This document shows positions 49,997 through 60,300 of a stretch of 64,000 nucleotides of DNA, piece after piece. Position 1 is the first letter of the stretch. Every line of letters begins with the position of its first letter. The notes under the pieces are model-generated. The model had not been told where the DNA came from and ran no database searches. It worked only from the letters and a program-made list of their open reading frames with translations. This DNA comes from Candidatus Poseidoniaceae archaeon (lineage in GTDB: Archaea > Thermoplasmatota > Poseidoniia > Poseidoniales > Poseidoniaceae), in NCBI GenBank assembly GCA_028356125.1, contig JAOMTZ010000008.1, positions 587 to 64,586 on the forward strand, given 5' to 3'. A program made the position numbers and the translations under genes.

Positions 49997-52984
49997 ATGA
50001 AGTCGAGACTAGCATTTTCTCTAATTTTCTTATTTGCAATTTCAATTCTAGCACCTCTTGCTAGTGCAACTGGAATGCAAGCATGTACTATCAACGGTGG
50101 AGTCTGTGATACTTGGGATAAAGCAGATGATGGTACTGAAAATCAACAAGATTGGATTGAAGGAGTTTACGAGTTCGATTTGGTTGACACCTCAACTATT
50201 GAGATGGAAATGTCTTGGGCATTATATGAGTTCAACCGTTCCACATTAGGTCTGGATGGTGCTGCCATGAATGTAGCATTAGCAGCCGAAGGAATGAGTG
50301 CACAAGACGGTGCACCTGCCGACCTGATTCGTAATTACTTCGACCAAACAACCGCTGGTGCAGGCACTCCTACCGTCAAGGAAAAGTTAGTTTCAGAGGT
50401 TAACGATACTATTGAGGAGTTACTGGGTAATGGTTTTGGAACTGTAAATGAAATCTCTACAGATTACGTTAATTCAATTTCAAACTCAGGAATAACCACG
50501 ACATGTAGCGATGACCCTAACACAGATACTGCTGCTGAGAGTGGACTCTCAAACAATGTATTTGATCCTCCAATCTGCTTCACAGTGTCAGCAACTGTCT
50601 CATTATCCACTTCTACATTCAACCTTGGAAGTGTGGACCCTTTGACTCTTGATCGAGTATACCGTGGTATGCTAGTAATGGGCTCGGATATAACATCTGA
50701 ATTCGAGTTGTTTAGCGAACCTGGTCATTCCTCAGTATTCGTGATTAATCCACCAGATTTCGCAACAGTGAAAGGTGTTGATTCAGGAGGAGTTCAAGTT
50801 ATCAGAGCAGGCCCTCCATCATATATGGCTGCTCAATGGCTAATCGATAATTTGGATGCACCAATTTTGGGAGAGCGAATTTCCCAAGACGTTAGTGTCG
50901 AGATCGGTCATCGTAATTCAACTCAGACTAGCAGCGTAGAAGTTACTCCTTTGGATACAGGTATTACCTTGGACGTCACTCTAGATATGTCAGATGAAAA
51001 TTCGGCATGGATCGATATCATTGCAGGAATTAACCACATCGATAAGAGTACTATGGATGACTGGGATATTTCTTTGGTTGACGTAACTCAAAATGCTAAG
51101 GTTCCGTGGGTTACATCTGATGGTATTCGATTGGCTTATCACAATGACTTGATTGAATTAGACGACTTCGCTGATAATTTCCCCATGGATAGAGTTGGTA
51201 ATGCAGTAGAAGATGCAGTTCCAGGTGTAGGCTCAGTCGAGATAAATAGTCCAACATGGGTTTCAAATTCGATAGCAATTGGTATACCTGAACCTTCAGG
51301 GGGTCTGAATCATACTCATTCAGGATGTCCTGAAACGTTGCCTCCGGGTACGGTGGTAAACTATTGTATTGAAGGACCCAATGCTATGGACGGTAACAAT
51401 CCAATTTACCTTCGCGCTTCATCGAATTCATTTGAATTACATATTCTCGATTTACTAAAACAGGAAATAAATGATTCAACTGGAATTTTGGATGTAATTC
51501 AGGAAAGTGATTTGAAGAAACTTCTAGACTCAGGCTTGAGTATTGAATCTCAATTCGGGCAGGACCTATTACAAAAAATGATTCCGAGTGAACTTCCTCC
51601 CACAGAGCTGACACTTGAGTTGATTTTGCCGGTATGGATGCAAGCAGCAACAGGGGAATCCTCAATTATTTTGATAGAACGAACTAATGGTATGGACGAA
51701 CTTACAATCTCTATGTCTGGACCGAATGCATACGATCCTAGACATGCCATTCTGGATGATGATGACAACGAAATATGTTCTGCTGATAGAGCAGATTGGT
51801 CATGTGTAGATCTCGATGTTGACTTTGATGTCAGCGACTTAGACTTCAACGAGTGGGGGCCGAGTATTGATGTCACAGCATCCTTCACAGCAACTGTAGA
51901 TGTATATCGAGTAAAAATTCCAGATAAAGTATTAGAAAAAATGCAATCTGAAAACACAACAATTACCATGGAGGTAATCCCTTCAGATTTGATTCGTCTA
52001 GGATTAGATATCACTGACAGGCTGATTGAGCCTCGTATTGAAGAAGTGAATTTAGGTGGAGATGAGAATGCTACAGTCGAATTGACAACCAGTGGTCTTG
52101 AAGATTTCATAGATGATCTTGGTCAAGAATTAACTGAAAACATCCATCGGAAAGCCAAAGAAATAAGCGCAGAAAATGATAATGCTGAATTAGATTTGTC
52201 TGGGATTCAGATTATTACATCCTTAGAAAATTTAGGAAATATCGGAGCATCAATGGGTGATGACACTCCCATCAGATTATCTGTTAGAATACCGGAATTT
52301 ACTATGGAAGCGGGTGTTACAAATGGTTGGGGTGGAATCACAAATGGGGATCCAACAGTCGGAATCACAACCGCATTTTACTCTCCAATACTCAATATGG
52401 CTAATTCTTTCAGCAATGCATTCACCAATTTCGGATTACAATTTTTACAAATGGGTGGCTCTGGATTAACTTTAGATAATAATGGCGCACCTTTTGAATC
52501 TTTGATTGAAGCCACTGAAATCGAACATGAAGAAACCGAGTCGGAATTGCGTGGAGAAATTACATTCGTTCTTCCAGATGGCATTACCCTAGAAAACTTC
52601 CAAACAGCAAACGGCTGGGAAGAAGTCACTACTGAGGATGGGCGACAGAAAATTACAATCTCTCTTGAGTCTTTCACTGCAGGTGATGAATTTGTTTTCA
52701 GTGTCAAAGTATCATGGTGGTTTGTGTTTATGCAAATTTGGATTTATCCAACAATTCTATTGTCATTGATCATTTGGCGAGTTAGAGCTAGAAGGAAGAA
52801 GAAGAAAAGAAAGAACCAGGCCCTACATGATACAGAAAACAAGATTGTTTCAAGTGGTAAAGGAGGACTTTCTGATTCTGATTTCAATTCACTAAGCAGT
52901 GGATATGACCCTTCTACTCCAAGTAGTGGCGATTTTAACATGTACGATGATGACAATTTGTACGACGACAAATGGAATCAGTGA
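49997..52984 (+). CDS. Large (~995 aa) acidic surface protein with a signal peptide, a C-terminal TM helix, and a polybasic plus acidic cytoplasmic tail
   Basis: MKSRLAFSLIFLFAISILAPLASATG from ATG 49997 (track start 49952). TM helix WWFVFMQIWIYPTILLSLIIW followed by RVRARRKKKKRK. I recognised no domain. Confidence 0.8.
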   Translation: MKSRLAFSLIFLFAISILAPLASATGMQACTINGGVCDTWDKADDGTENQQDWIEGVYEFDLVDTSTIEMEMSWALYEFNRSTLGLDGAAMNVALAAEGMSAQDGAPADLIRNYFDQTTAGAGTPTVKEKLVSEVNDTIEELLGNGFGTVNEISTDYVNSISNSGITTTCSDDPNTDTAAESGLSNNVFDPPICFTVSATVSLSTSTFNLGSVDPLTLDRVYRGMLVMGSDITSEFELFSEPGHSSVFVINPPDFATVKGVDSGGVQVIRAGPPSYMAAQWLIDNLDAPILGERISQDVSVEIGHRNSTQTSSVEVTPLDTGITLDVTLDMSDENSAWIDIIAGINHIDKSTMDDWDISLVDVTQNAKVPWVTSDGIRLAYHNDLIELDDFADNFPMDRVGNAVEDAVPGVGSVEINSPTWVSNSIAIGIPEPSGGLNHTHSGCPETLPPGTVVNYCIEGPNAMDGNNPIYLRASSNSFELHILDLLKQEINDSTGILDVIQESDLKKLLDSGLSIESQFGQDLLQKMIPSELPPTELTLELILPVWMQAATGESSIILIERTNGMDELTISMSGPNAYDPRHAILDDDDNEICSADRADWSCVDLDVDFDVSDLDFNEWGPSIDVTASFTATVDVYRVKIPDKVLEKMQSENTTITMEVIPSDLIRLGLDITDRLIEPRIEEVNLGGDENATVELTTSGLEDFIDDLGQELTENIHRKAKEISAENDNAELDLSGIQIITSLENLGNIGASMGDDTPIRLSVRIPEFTMEAGVTNGWGGITNGDPTVGITTAFYSPILNMANSFSNAFTNFGLQFLQMGGSGLTLDNNGAPFESLIEATEIEHEETESELRGEITFVLPDGITLENFQTANGWEEVTTEDGRQKITISLESFTAGDEFVFSVKVSWWFVFMQIWIYPTILLSLIIWRVRARRKKKKRKNQALHDTENKIVSSGKGGLSDSDFNSLSSGYDPSTPSSGDFNMYDDDNLYDDKWNQ

Positions 52985-54702
52985 AGAGAATCATAAATTC
53001 TCTTGGCCAAGGATGGGCCAATCCCAGGAACTGTCTTCAGGTCCTTCACAGTTGCATGACTGATACCTTGTCTTCCGCCAAAATGCCTAATCAGGGATTG
53101 TAATTTCTTAGCCCCAAGGCCGCTGACATTTTCAAGAGGGTCTGACAAGCGACTCTTTGCTCGACTTTTACGATGGAATTTATTCACAAACCTATGCGCT
53201 TCATCACGAGCATGAACTAGCACTCGGCCTCTTCTATCCAGAATAATGTCTTCTAGTCCTTCTCTGTGAATCGTTTCTTCTCTTTTGGCAAGACTTGCTA
53301 GTTGCATTCGATCCCTAACTCCATGCTTTTCCAACAATTTAGCGATGATGGATAGGTGAGTTTCCCCTCCATCTATGAGCAATAAATCTGGCCAATCTTC
53401 AACTCTCTTTATCCAGCGCTCGACAACTTCCCTCATCATTCTGAGGTCATCCATAGCATCCCCTTTCACCGTATAGGTGCGGTATTCTTTCTTCGCAGGC
53501 CTTCCATTGCGAAGACAAATACTTGCCCCGACTCTTGAATCTCCAAGTAGTTGCGCCATATCGAAACAAACGATATGGTCAAGTGAATCCATGGATAACA
53601 ATCTCGCTGCTTCATCTGCAGCTCTCTGTTCCAAAGAGCCAGATGCCTTGTTCGACATTCTTTCAATTTGCATCTCAGCATTTTGTCTTGCTAGGTTAGT
53701 TAGGGTAACAAAGTCTCCACGTGATGGAGTTCTATTTTCGACATTTGAACCTCGTCGCTCAGCAAGCCATTCAACTATTGTTTCATTTAGTGGGATTGGA
53801 GTCAGTAATAGTCGAGGAGGTCTCCTGTTTGAATAATGTTCAACGACGAAACTTGAGATTGATTCACCCTCGTCCCCACGATGGATTAACGGCCAAGCTT
53901 CCTGACCTTTGATGGCCCCGTCATCTGCATGAATGACTACGATTGCCGCAAGTTCGCCCTTGACACCAATCCCAATTGCATCACAGTCTCTGTATACGGT
54001 CGAAGATATCACTTGCTGACTTGTGACAGTTCTCACCGCTTTGATCATATCTCTAATTGAAGCAGCCCTTTCATATTCTTGATTAGTTGAAAATGTATCC
54101 ATTTCTAGAGCGAGTTCTTCGATCAAATCAGTAGCATCTCCGTCGAGTATTCTCCTTACGCTAGCAACTCTTTGAGAATAATCTCCAGCTGTTATACATG
54201 GTCCTGCGCATAGCCCGATATGCATTGCCAGACAACCTTGTGGTAGCAATTCTTTGCAGTCTCTGATTCCGAAATGCCTTCTCAATAGTTGGACAACTTG
54301 TTTTGCAGCACCCGCATTAGGAAAGGGTCCCCATTTCCAAGAGTCATTTGGAGGGTAGCGTGTGTACATGATTCTAGGAAATTCTTCTTTGGTTAATGAG
54401 AGATACGGGTATGATTTGTCATCTTTCAACATAGAGTTGTATCTTGGCCTATGTTGCCTGATTAATTGCCTCTCCAGAATCAACGCTTCTTGTGGAGAGT
54501 TGGTTACTATACATTCAATTTCATCCGCCTTGTTAACTAATTCTGGAATCATTGCTCTATCGGGGTTTGAGGCAAAGTAAGAACGGATTCGTTGTGAAAG
54601 AACAGTTGCTTTTCCAACGTAAAGTACTCTTGCTTTCGATGTACGGAAAAGGTATACCCCTGGTTTGGCCGGGAGATCGACCGTATCAGGATCCACCGGC
54701 AT
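52978..54702 (-). CDS. uvrC: Excinuclease ABC subunit C
   Basis: GIY-YIG N-terminus (PGVYLFRTSKARVLYVGKATVLSQRIRSYF), a UVR-like segment, and C-terminal (HhH)2 GLGAKKLQSLIRHFG...VPGIGPSLAKRIYDSL. Confidence 0.93.
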   Translation of the reverse strand: MPVDPDTVDLPAKPGVYLFRTSKARVLYVGKATVLSQRIRSYFASNPDRAMIPELVNKADEIECIVTNSPQEALILERQLIRQHRPRYNSMLKDDKSYPYLSLTKEEFPRIMYTRYPPNDSWKWGPFPNAGAAKQVVQLLRRHFGIRDCKELLPQGCLAMHIGLCAGPCITAGDYSQRVASVRRILDGDATDLIEELALEMDTFSTNQEYERAASIRDMIKAVRTVTSQQVISSTVYRDCDAIGIGVKGELAAIVVIHADDGAIKGQEAWPLIHRGDEGESISSFVVEHYSNRRPPRLLLTPIPLNETIVEWLAERRGSNVENRTPSRGDFVTLTNLARQNAEMQIERMSNKASGSLEQRAADEAARLLSMDSLDHIVCFDMAQLLGDSRVGASICLRNGRPAKKEYRTYTVKGDAMDDLRMMREVVERWIKRVEDWPDLLLIDGGETHLSIIAKLLEKHGVRDRMQLASLAKREETIHREGLEDIILDRRGRVLVHARDEAHRFVNKFHRKSRAKSRLSDPLENVSGLGAKKLQSLIRHFGGRQGISHATVKDLKTVPGIGPSLAKRIYDSLH

Positions 54703-54762
54703 GAATCGCTTGTAGTGTCGGTGGATGAAGAATACATCGCCAATCAGTTAGGGGCAAGAAAC

Positions 54763-56832
54763 ATGATTGATGAGCGACAACGAACTAACATGGTGACCGG
54801 ACCAGAGGCAAGAATTCTAGCCCGGCTTGCTACATTTCCATCAAGTTTAGACTCTGCATGGGATGTTCCTAGAGAGATTTGCCTTCCTGGTTTGTCCGAA
54901 TATCTAGGCGTCGTTCGTTCCGCATTACACGCACCTCTAAACGAATTAATATCTAAGAATTTAATCGTTGAAAGGAAAGCCCATGTTATTGGTGGAGGCA
55001 GCCGAAAAAGGAAAGTGTATCACATCACAATTGCAGGTCGTGCTGAGTGTGAAGGCATAGAAATCCCATCTAAAGTTAAGATTGGAGAATTGTTAGGAAA
55101 TCCTCCAGCACAAACTTTGTTGAAGGGTAGGAACTCTCTAATTAGTAATCTGAAAGATGTATCAAAATTAATCCTCACTGGCCTTCCAGGGATTGGTAAA
55201 ACATCGTTATTACGCTGTATTGCAGATGAGTTGGTAGGGGAAGGCAAAACTGTGCGTTTCGCCACTATGGAATCATTCAAGGATATTACACAAATTTTTG
55301 CAGAGTGGGGTCTTGAACATAGTAGCGAAGAAGCAAATCTAAACCTAACAAAAAATGAAGTGTTAATTCTAGATGAGTTACAAGAAGTAAATCAAAGACA
55401 TCTTGCCAGGTTGGAACAATTTGTACAAAAATCACCACATGTTATCATGGCTAGTCGCGCTCCAATACCGATTAGTGAAGGTTTTACAATTGTAGAAGTG
55501 CCTCCATTAGAAATTGAAGATGCAGTTACATTATTACCTGTTCATTTAGAAGATCGAGAGTTAGTTGCTGAAAGGTTAGGTGGGCACCCATTAGCCTTGC
55601 AAATGCATGATGAAAAATCAGAATTACCAGAGGCAGGTTCAGATTTACAAGAATGGGTTAGAGATGTAGTGTTGTCCAATCTGGGTCAAGAGATAGTAGG
55701 TTTGGACGAATTATCGTTATTGCCAGTTCCGGTTCCTTCAGATTTATTACAACATGAAAATCATTTACTAGAATTAGATGACCATGCTCTGATAAGGTGG
55801 TTAGAAAGTGGTGTTGAGTTACATCATCTAGTTAGAAACGTACGCTCGACTATGCTTACTGAAGCCGACCACGAGAAGGCCGCAATCTATTGGTCAAGAA
55901 TAAAAGGAGACCTAGCTAGATTAGTTGAGATGCATCATATATTGAATTCTGGTGGAGATATCGAATCACATTTGCTTTCCAACGCTGAAGCCTTAATGGT
56001 AAGGTCTAGTGCAGGGTTAGCGACATTGATTGGAGACGCAATATATCGAAGTCCATCGAAATCATTGCATAGAATTGCGGCGATGGTTGCAATCGAGAGG
56101 GGAGAGCCAGAAATGGCATCTGAACATTTAGTTAATTGTGATGCTCCAGATCTGGCATATTCACTTTCGTTATTGGAGGGAAATACTGATTTGCCAATTC
56201 CAGAGAACTCCGATTCGAGGCTAATCTTGTCGGAAGCATCTAGAAGGTTAGATGATAGAATACCTGGCCAGGCTCCCGGTAATGACATCATCAAATTATT
56301 GGATAAACTCGATTTCAGTCAAGTTACTGATGATATGAAGAAAATCATACTTGTCGCAATTGCCCACATCCGCCACTCATGGCATATCGCAAATGAAAAT
56401 TGGACTGAAGCTGCAGAGATAAGGGATAATTTAGAATCCATTTCTCACAGTGAAGATCCTCAACTAAAATCACTTAAACTGCGCGATGAAATCGCTCAAT
56501 CAACTCCGAGTTCATCATCATTTGATAACTTGGTTGACACTGTCTTTTCGAGGTCAGGATTACGTGCAATTATGTTACAACTTTCCATAGTCCAGAAATG
56601 TGATGACCAAAGGGCAGCATCACTTTTGAATAAGATAGAACTACCAAGTTCAGCATCTCAAAACAATCTGAATTCTGCTAGAAGAATAGCAGCCAAAATT
56701 TGGTATTTGCGAGCGGTTTACAAGACACACAACCCATTCTCATCTCTAGCAGAAGCAATCTCGCTTTGGAAGCGTGCACTTTGTCCTAATGCGGCCAAAG
56801 ATGCAACAGAAATGATGCATAAATTACTGTGA
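54763..56832 (+). CDS. STAND/AAA-type P-loop NTPase with an N-terminal winged helix and a C-terminal helical-repeat region
   Basis: wHTH-like LSEYLGVVRSALHAPLNELISKNLIV, Walker A GLPGIGKTSLL, Walker B VLILDELQ, and ~400 helical C-terminal residues. The start is uncertain (GTG 54715, ATG 54763 or 54790). Confidence 0.8.
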   Translation: MIDERQRTNMVTGPEARILARLATFPSSLDSAWDVPREICLPGLSEYLGVVRSALHAPLNELISKNLIVERKAHVIGGGSRKRKVYHITIAGRAECEGIEIPSKVKIGELLGNPPAQTLLKGRNSLISNLKDVSKLILTGLPGIGKTSLLRCIADELVGEGKTVRFATMESFKDITQIFAEWGLEHSSEEANLNLTKNEVLILDELQEVNQRHLARLEQFVQKSPHVIMASRAPIPISEGFTIVEVPPLEIEDAVTLLPVHLEDRELVAERLGGHPLALQMHDEKSELPEAGSDLQEWVRDVVLSNLGQEIVGLDELSLLPVPVPSDLLQHENHLLELDDHALIRWLESGVELHHLVRNVRSTMLTEADHEKAAIYWSRIKGDLARLVEMHHILNSGGDIESHLLSNAEALMVRSSAGLATLIGDAIYRSPSKSLHRIAAMVAIERGEPEMASEHLVNCDAPDLAYSLSLLEGNTDLPIPENSDSRLILSEASRRLDDRIPGQAPGNDIIKLLDKLDFSQVTDDMKKIILVAIAHIRHSWHIANENWTEAAEIRDNLESISHSEDPQLKSLKLRDEIAQSTPSSSSFDNLVDTVFSRSGLRAIMLQLSIVQKCDDQRAASLLNKIELPSSASQNNLNSARRIAAKIWYLRAVYKTHNPFSSLAEAISLWKRALCPNAAKDATEMMHKLL

Positions 56833-57066
56833 TTATATCTCGGCACCAAGCAAAGTTTTGGTGTCAACAATTCCTGAAATAGGCCTAATCTCTTCAACAA
56901 TAACTTTGGTCAGTGTGTATTCGTCATCAGCCTGTATTTTTGCAATCAGGTCATATTCTCCAAATAGCATCCAGCGATTGACAACGTGTTCTATTTTGTC
57001 CAAACTGCTGCGAACATCATGCTCACTTCCAGGGTTAGTGGTAATTAATACAAATCCAGTAGCCAT
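56833..57066 (-). CDS. Stand-alone Lrp/AsnC-type ligand-binding (RAM) domain protein, 77 aa
   Basis: GFVLITTNPGSEHDVRSSLDKIEHVVNRWMLFGEYDLIAKI has the beta-alpha-beta-beta-alpha-beta RAM pattern. There is no HTH. Confidence 0.8.
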   Translation of the reverse strand: MATGFVLITTNPGSEHDVRSSLDKIEHVVNRWMLFGEYDLIAKIQADDEYTLTKVIVEEIRPISGIVDTKTLLGAEI

Positions 57067-57075
57067 TTTCTCACC

Positions 57076-57309
57076 TCAATAATCAACAGCAATCATCGTT
57101 TGAGTCTCTCGAACTCCAGATATCTGCCTAAATTCTTTCATCAGCATCCCAGTGAGGCCTTTTGCATCAGCAGATGAAATCCGAATTAGGAGGTCAAATT
57201 CCCCGTAAAGGACATGCACTTCTGAAACACTAGGGTTGCCTGAAAGTTCCAAATAAACCTCTCTTTCTTTGGTCGGCTCAGTCTTAAACAGGACGAACGC
57301 TTCAGGCAT
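57076..57309 (-). CDS. Stand-alone Lrp/AsnC-type ligand-binding (RAM) domain protein, 77 aa, paralogue of the neighbour
   Basis: AFVLFKTEPTKEREVYLELSGNPSVSEVHVLYGEFDLLIRI. ATG 57309 gives a 77-aa product, the same size as the neighbour; the track start is 57339. Confidence 0.8.
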   Translation of the reverse strand: MPEAFVLFKTEPTKEREVYLELSGNPSVSEVHVLYGEFDLLIRISSADAKGLTGMLMKEFRQISGVRETQTMIAVDY

Positions 57310-57386
57310 TAAACAATCCACATAACACCCCCTATTCACTGTGCCGATTTAACTTCTAAGTTTAAACCTAGAGGGGGAACAGTCTA

Positions 57387-60300
57387 ATGCATCGAGGGTG
57401 TCGTGGAAATATGATGAGTAAAAAGTCAGTATCTGCGGTTGGCTTACTCATTATTTTCTGTCTGTCATCACAATCACCAATTTTCTTGAGTGTCGACGAA
57501 ATCAGTGAAACTAGTGGGCGTGCGCAAACAACTTGGTCAGGAGAAGTTGTTCTCAATAATCATCACACTGTTTCAGTTACTGATGAACTGATTATTTCGG
57601 CTTGTACTAACGTAACAATGTCAAATGGAGTTAGGATCTTTGTCGAAGGTCGAATTACAGTTGAAGGAACAAGTAATTGTCCGGTTTACTTTGACTATGC
57701 GGGTGGCGGTGACCACATGGGAATTCAGTTCAATTCCACTTCAAACGGTAGAGGCAGCAGAATAGACAATGCCTCAATTATTCACTCAACTTATGGACTC
57801 ACGATTTACGGGTCCGACCCTTATCTTGCCAATGTAACAATCTGGAATGCAGATGATGTAGCGGTTGACATGTTCAATTCCGCAACACCTACTATTCGTG
57901 ATATGGTCATAGATGAAGCCGGGCAAGACTGGAACTTCCCTACATACTGGAGGTATGGAATCGGACTTTCAATAGGGGCTGGTTCGGCTCCGAATATCGA
58001 TGGTTTGACAATCACCGATGCGGTTACCAGGGGTGTCAATTTGTGGGGTAACTCTGGCGGCCTACTACGCAATATTACAATTTCAAATATTACTGGAGCA
58101 ACACTCGCTGAGGCAGCAGGGATTTGGGTAGAAGATAGTGTTCCATTGTTGGAAGGCGTATCAGTTAACCGCTCTGATCACGGTGCAATAATCCGCCACA
58201 TCGATGATGGCATTACTACCAGGGCAGTAATCAGAGACTTGGATATTCGAAATTCCATGTACAAGGCTCTCATAATCGACAAAGAAGACCACACAAATTA
58301 CACAAATTATCAGAGTGCAATAATCGAGGGTTTAGAGATTAGTGGAACCGGTGGGCCCGATGCTAAGACGTCTGGTCTTGCTACTGCTACAATTGAGATA
58401 AACGCCACAGGTGCTTGGATTGAAGATGCTCATCTTGAAGACAACGACGCTGTTGGAGTTCAGTTATATTTCGTGGATTCATCAACTATATTCACAAATC
58501 TTTCAATCAATAATACTGGAGGTTCTGGAAGTGGCGCAGATGGTGCAGGAATATCGATACGTTCTTCTTATTTCGCAGCTAAATTTGACGGACTTGAAGT
58601 TTCGAATTCTACAGGTCCAGGAGTATTTGCTTTGAACGGTGGAGCAATTCAAGGAAACGATTGGAACCTTCATGATAATGGTCAAGAGGGATTCTACTTA
58701 GAGAGCGCAGCAACTATTGTTGACGGTTTGACACTAGACAACAATGGTAACTCAGGCGTACATATTGATGATGCAAGGTACGTCTACCTCTCTAATCTTT
58801 CCAGTTCTAACAATGCAGATGCAGGACTCGAATTCAACCGAGCGAATGATATTGAGTCTGGTTCCGGAGACGTCAGTTGTGTATCTTGTGTTTCAATTGG
58901 CAACAACCGCGGCGTTGTAATCACAGATTCAGTCGATATTTATCTTGAAGATTTACAGATACATGACCCATTGACAGGGCCTGCGATATCGATTGATAAT
59001 AGTGGTTTGAATATTGGTTCTCAGGGCGGATTGTTCCATTTACATGACGTAGAAGCTTGGGTGAACAATAGCGGACCTGGAATCGATATCGTTGCTGCAG
59101 AAGGCGTGATTGATGGGCTCGACATCTTCGGAACTCATGGAGGACTCATTTGGGATGCAGACCATAATGTTGAGAGAGTCAGCGTTCTATCAAATGCTAA
59201 TTTCTCAGGAAGTGGTTGTCTCAATCTCTCAAACCATGACCAATTGTCAGGGTCAGGGAATACCATAACATCTAGTTGCACAGGTGAACTTACATTCACC
59301 AATGTTGAACTTAATTGGACAAAATTCAGTGATCTCGGTTCACATGTTCTAAATTTAGATACAGATTCACATTTACATTTACATCAGCCTACAAACATCG
59401 GTTATTCTAGTGCCAACATTGCTGGTAACGGGTGGATTGAAGAGGCGTGGGATGTTGAGGTATGGGTTGTAAATAATTACTCAAATGGAATTCCAAATGC
59501 AGCAGTGCATCTTGGTTTTGACCAATTAGAAAATTCAATATCAGAATCAACAAACAACATTGGTACTGTGACATTCTCCGATCTAAGAGGTAAGAAATAC
59601 ACAAGCGTTGGACAAAGCCCTTACACCACAGTTACAATCGATTGTTCTTATGATAGTGTATCTAACTCTACTAGTATCTCCTTGTCTGAAGACAGGATGG
59701 TCTGGTGTCAACTTCCTTTGTCAAATCAAGCACCTTTCATAATTTGGGACACTCCTTCAGATCAGAATGTTTACCCATCACAAGGAGATATTTTATTCAA
59801 CGCTAGTGCTTCTTGGGACCTTGATGATGATGAACTAACCTTCGCGTGGACAAGCGACCTAGATGGTGATATCTTGGCATCATGCACCGGTCAGGGTAAT
59901 CCATTCAATCCTAACAGAGGGTTTGCATTCTCTGTAAATTCGGATGGTGTATGGGGTTGTACTCTCTCAGACGGAGTACATGATATTACCCTGGAAATAT
60001 GTGACGACAAGGGTAACTGCGTTGATGAAACAAGAACGATTGAATTATCTAACCAAGACCCTATTATTGTCGTTAACACAGACCCTTCACTTTCCCCTTG
60101 GGGTGAGTTGAAAACTCCAATTACCAAACCCGTGGAGTTCTGGCTAAATGGGACTTATGACCCTGAAAATGATACTCTAGATTGTTCATGGTCATGGCCT
60201 GGAAACAATGTGCAACTAGGTGATTGTGTAAACGGAACTGGATACTTATCATTCGCAAATATGAACGACATGACATTCGATCTCACTCTATCTGTGTCTG

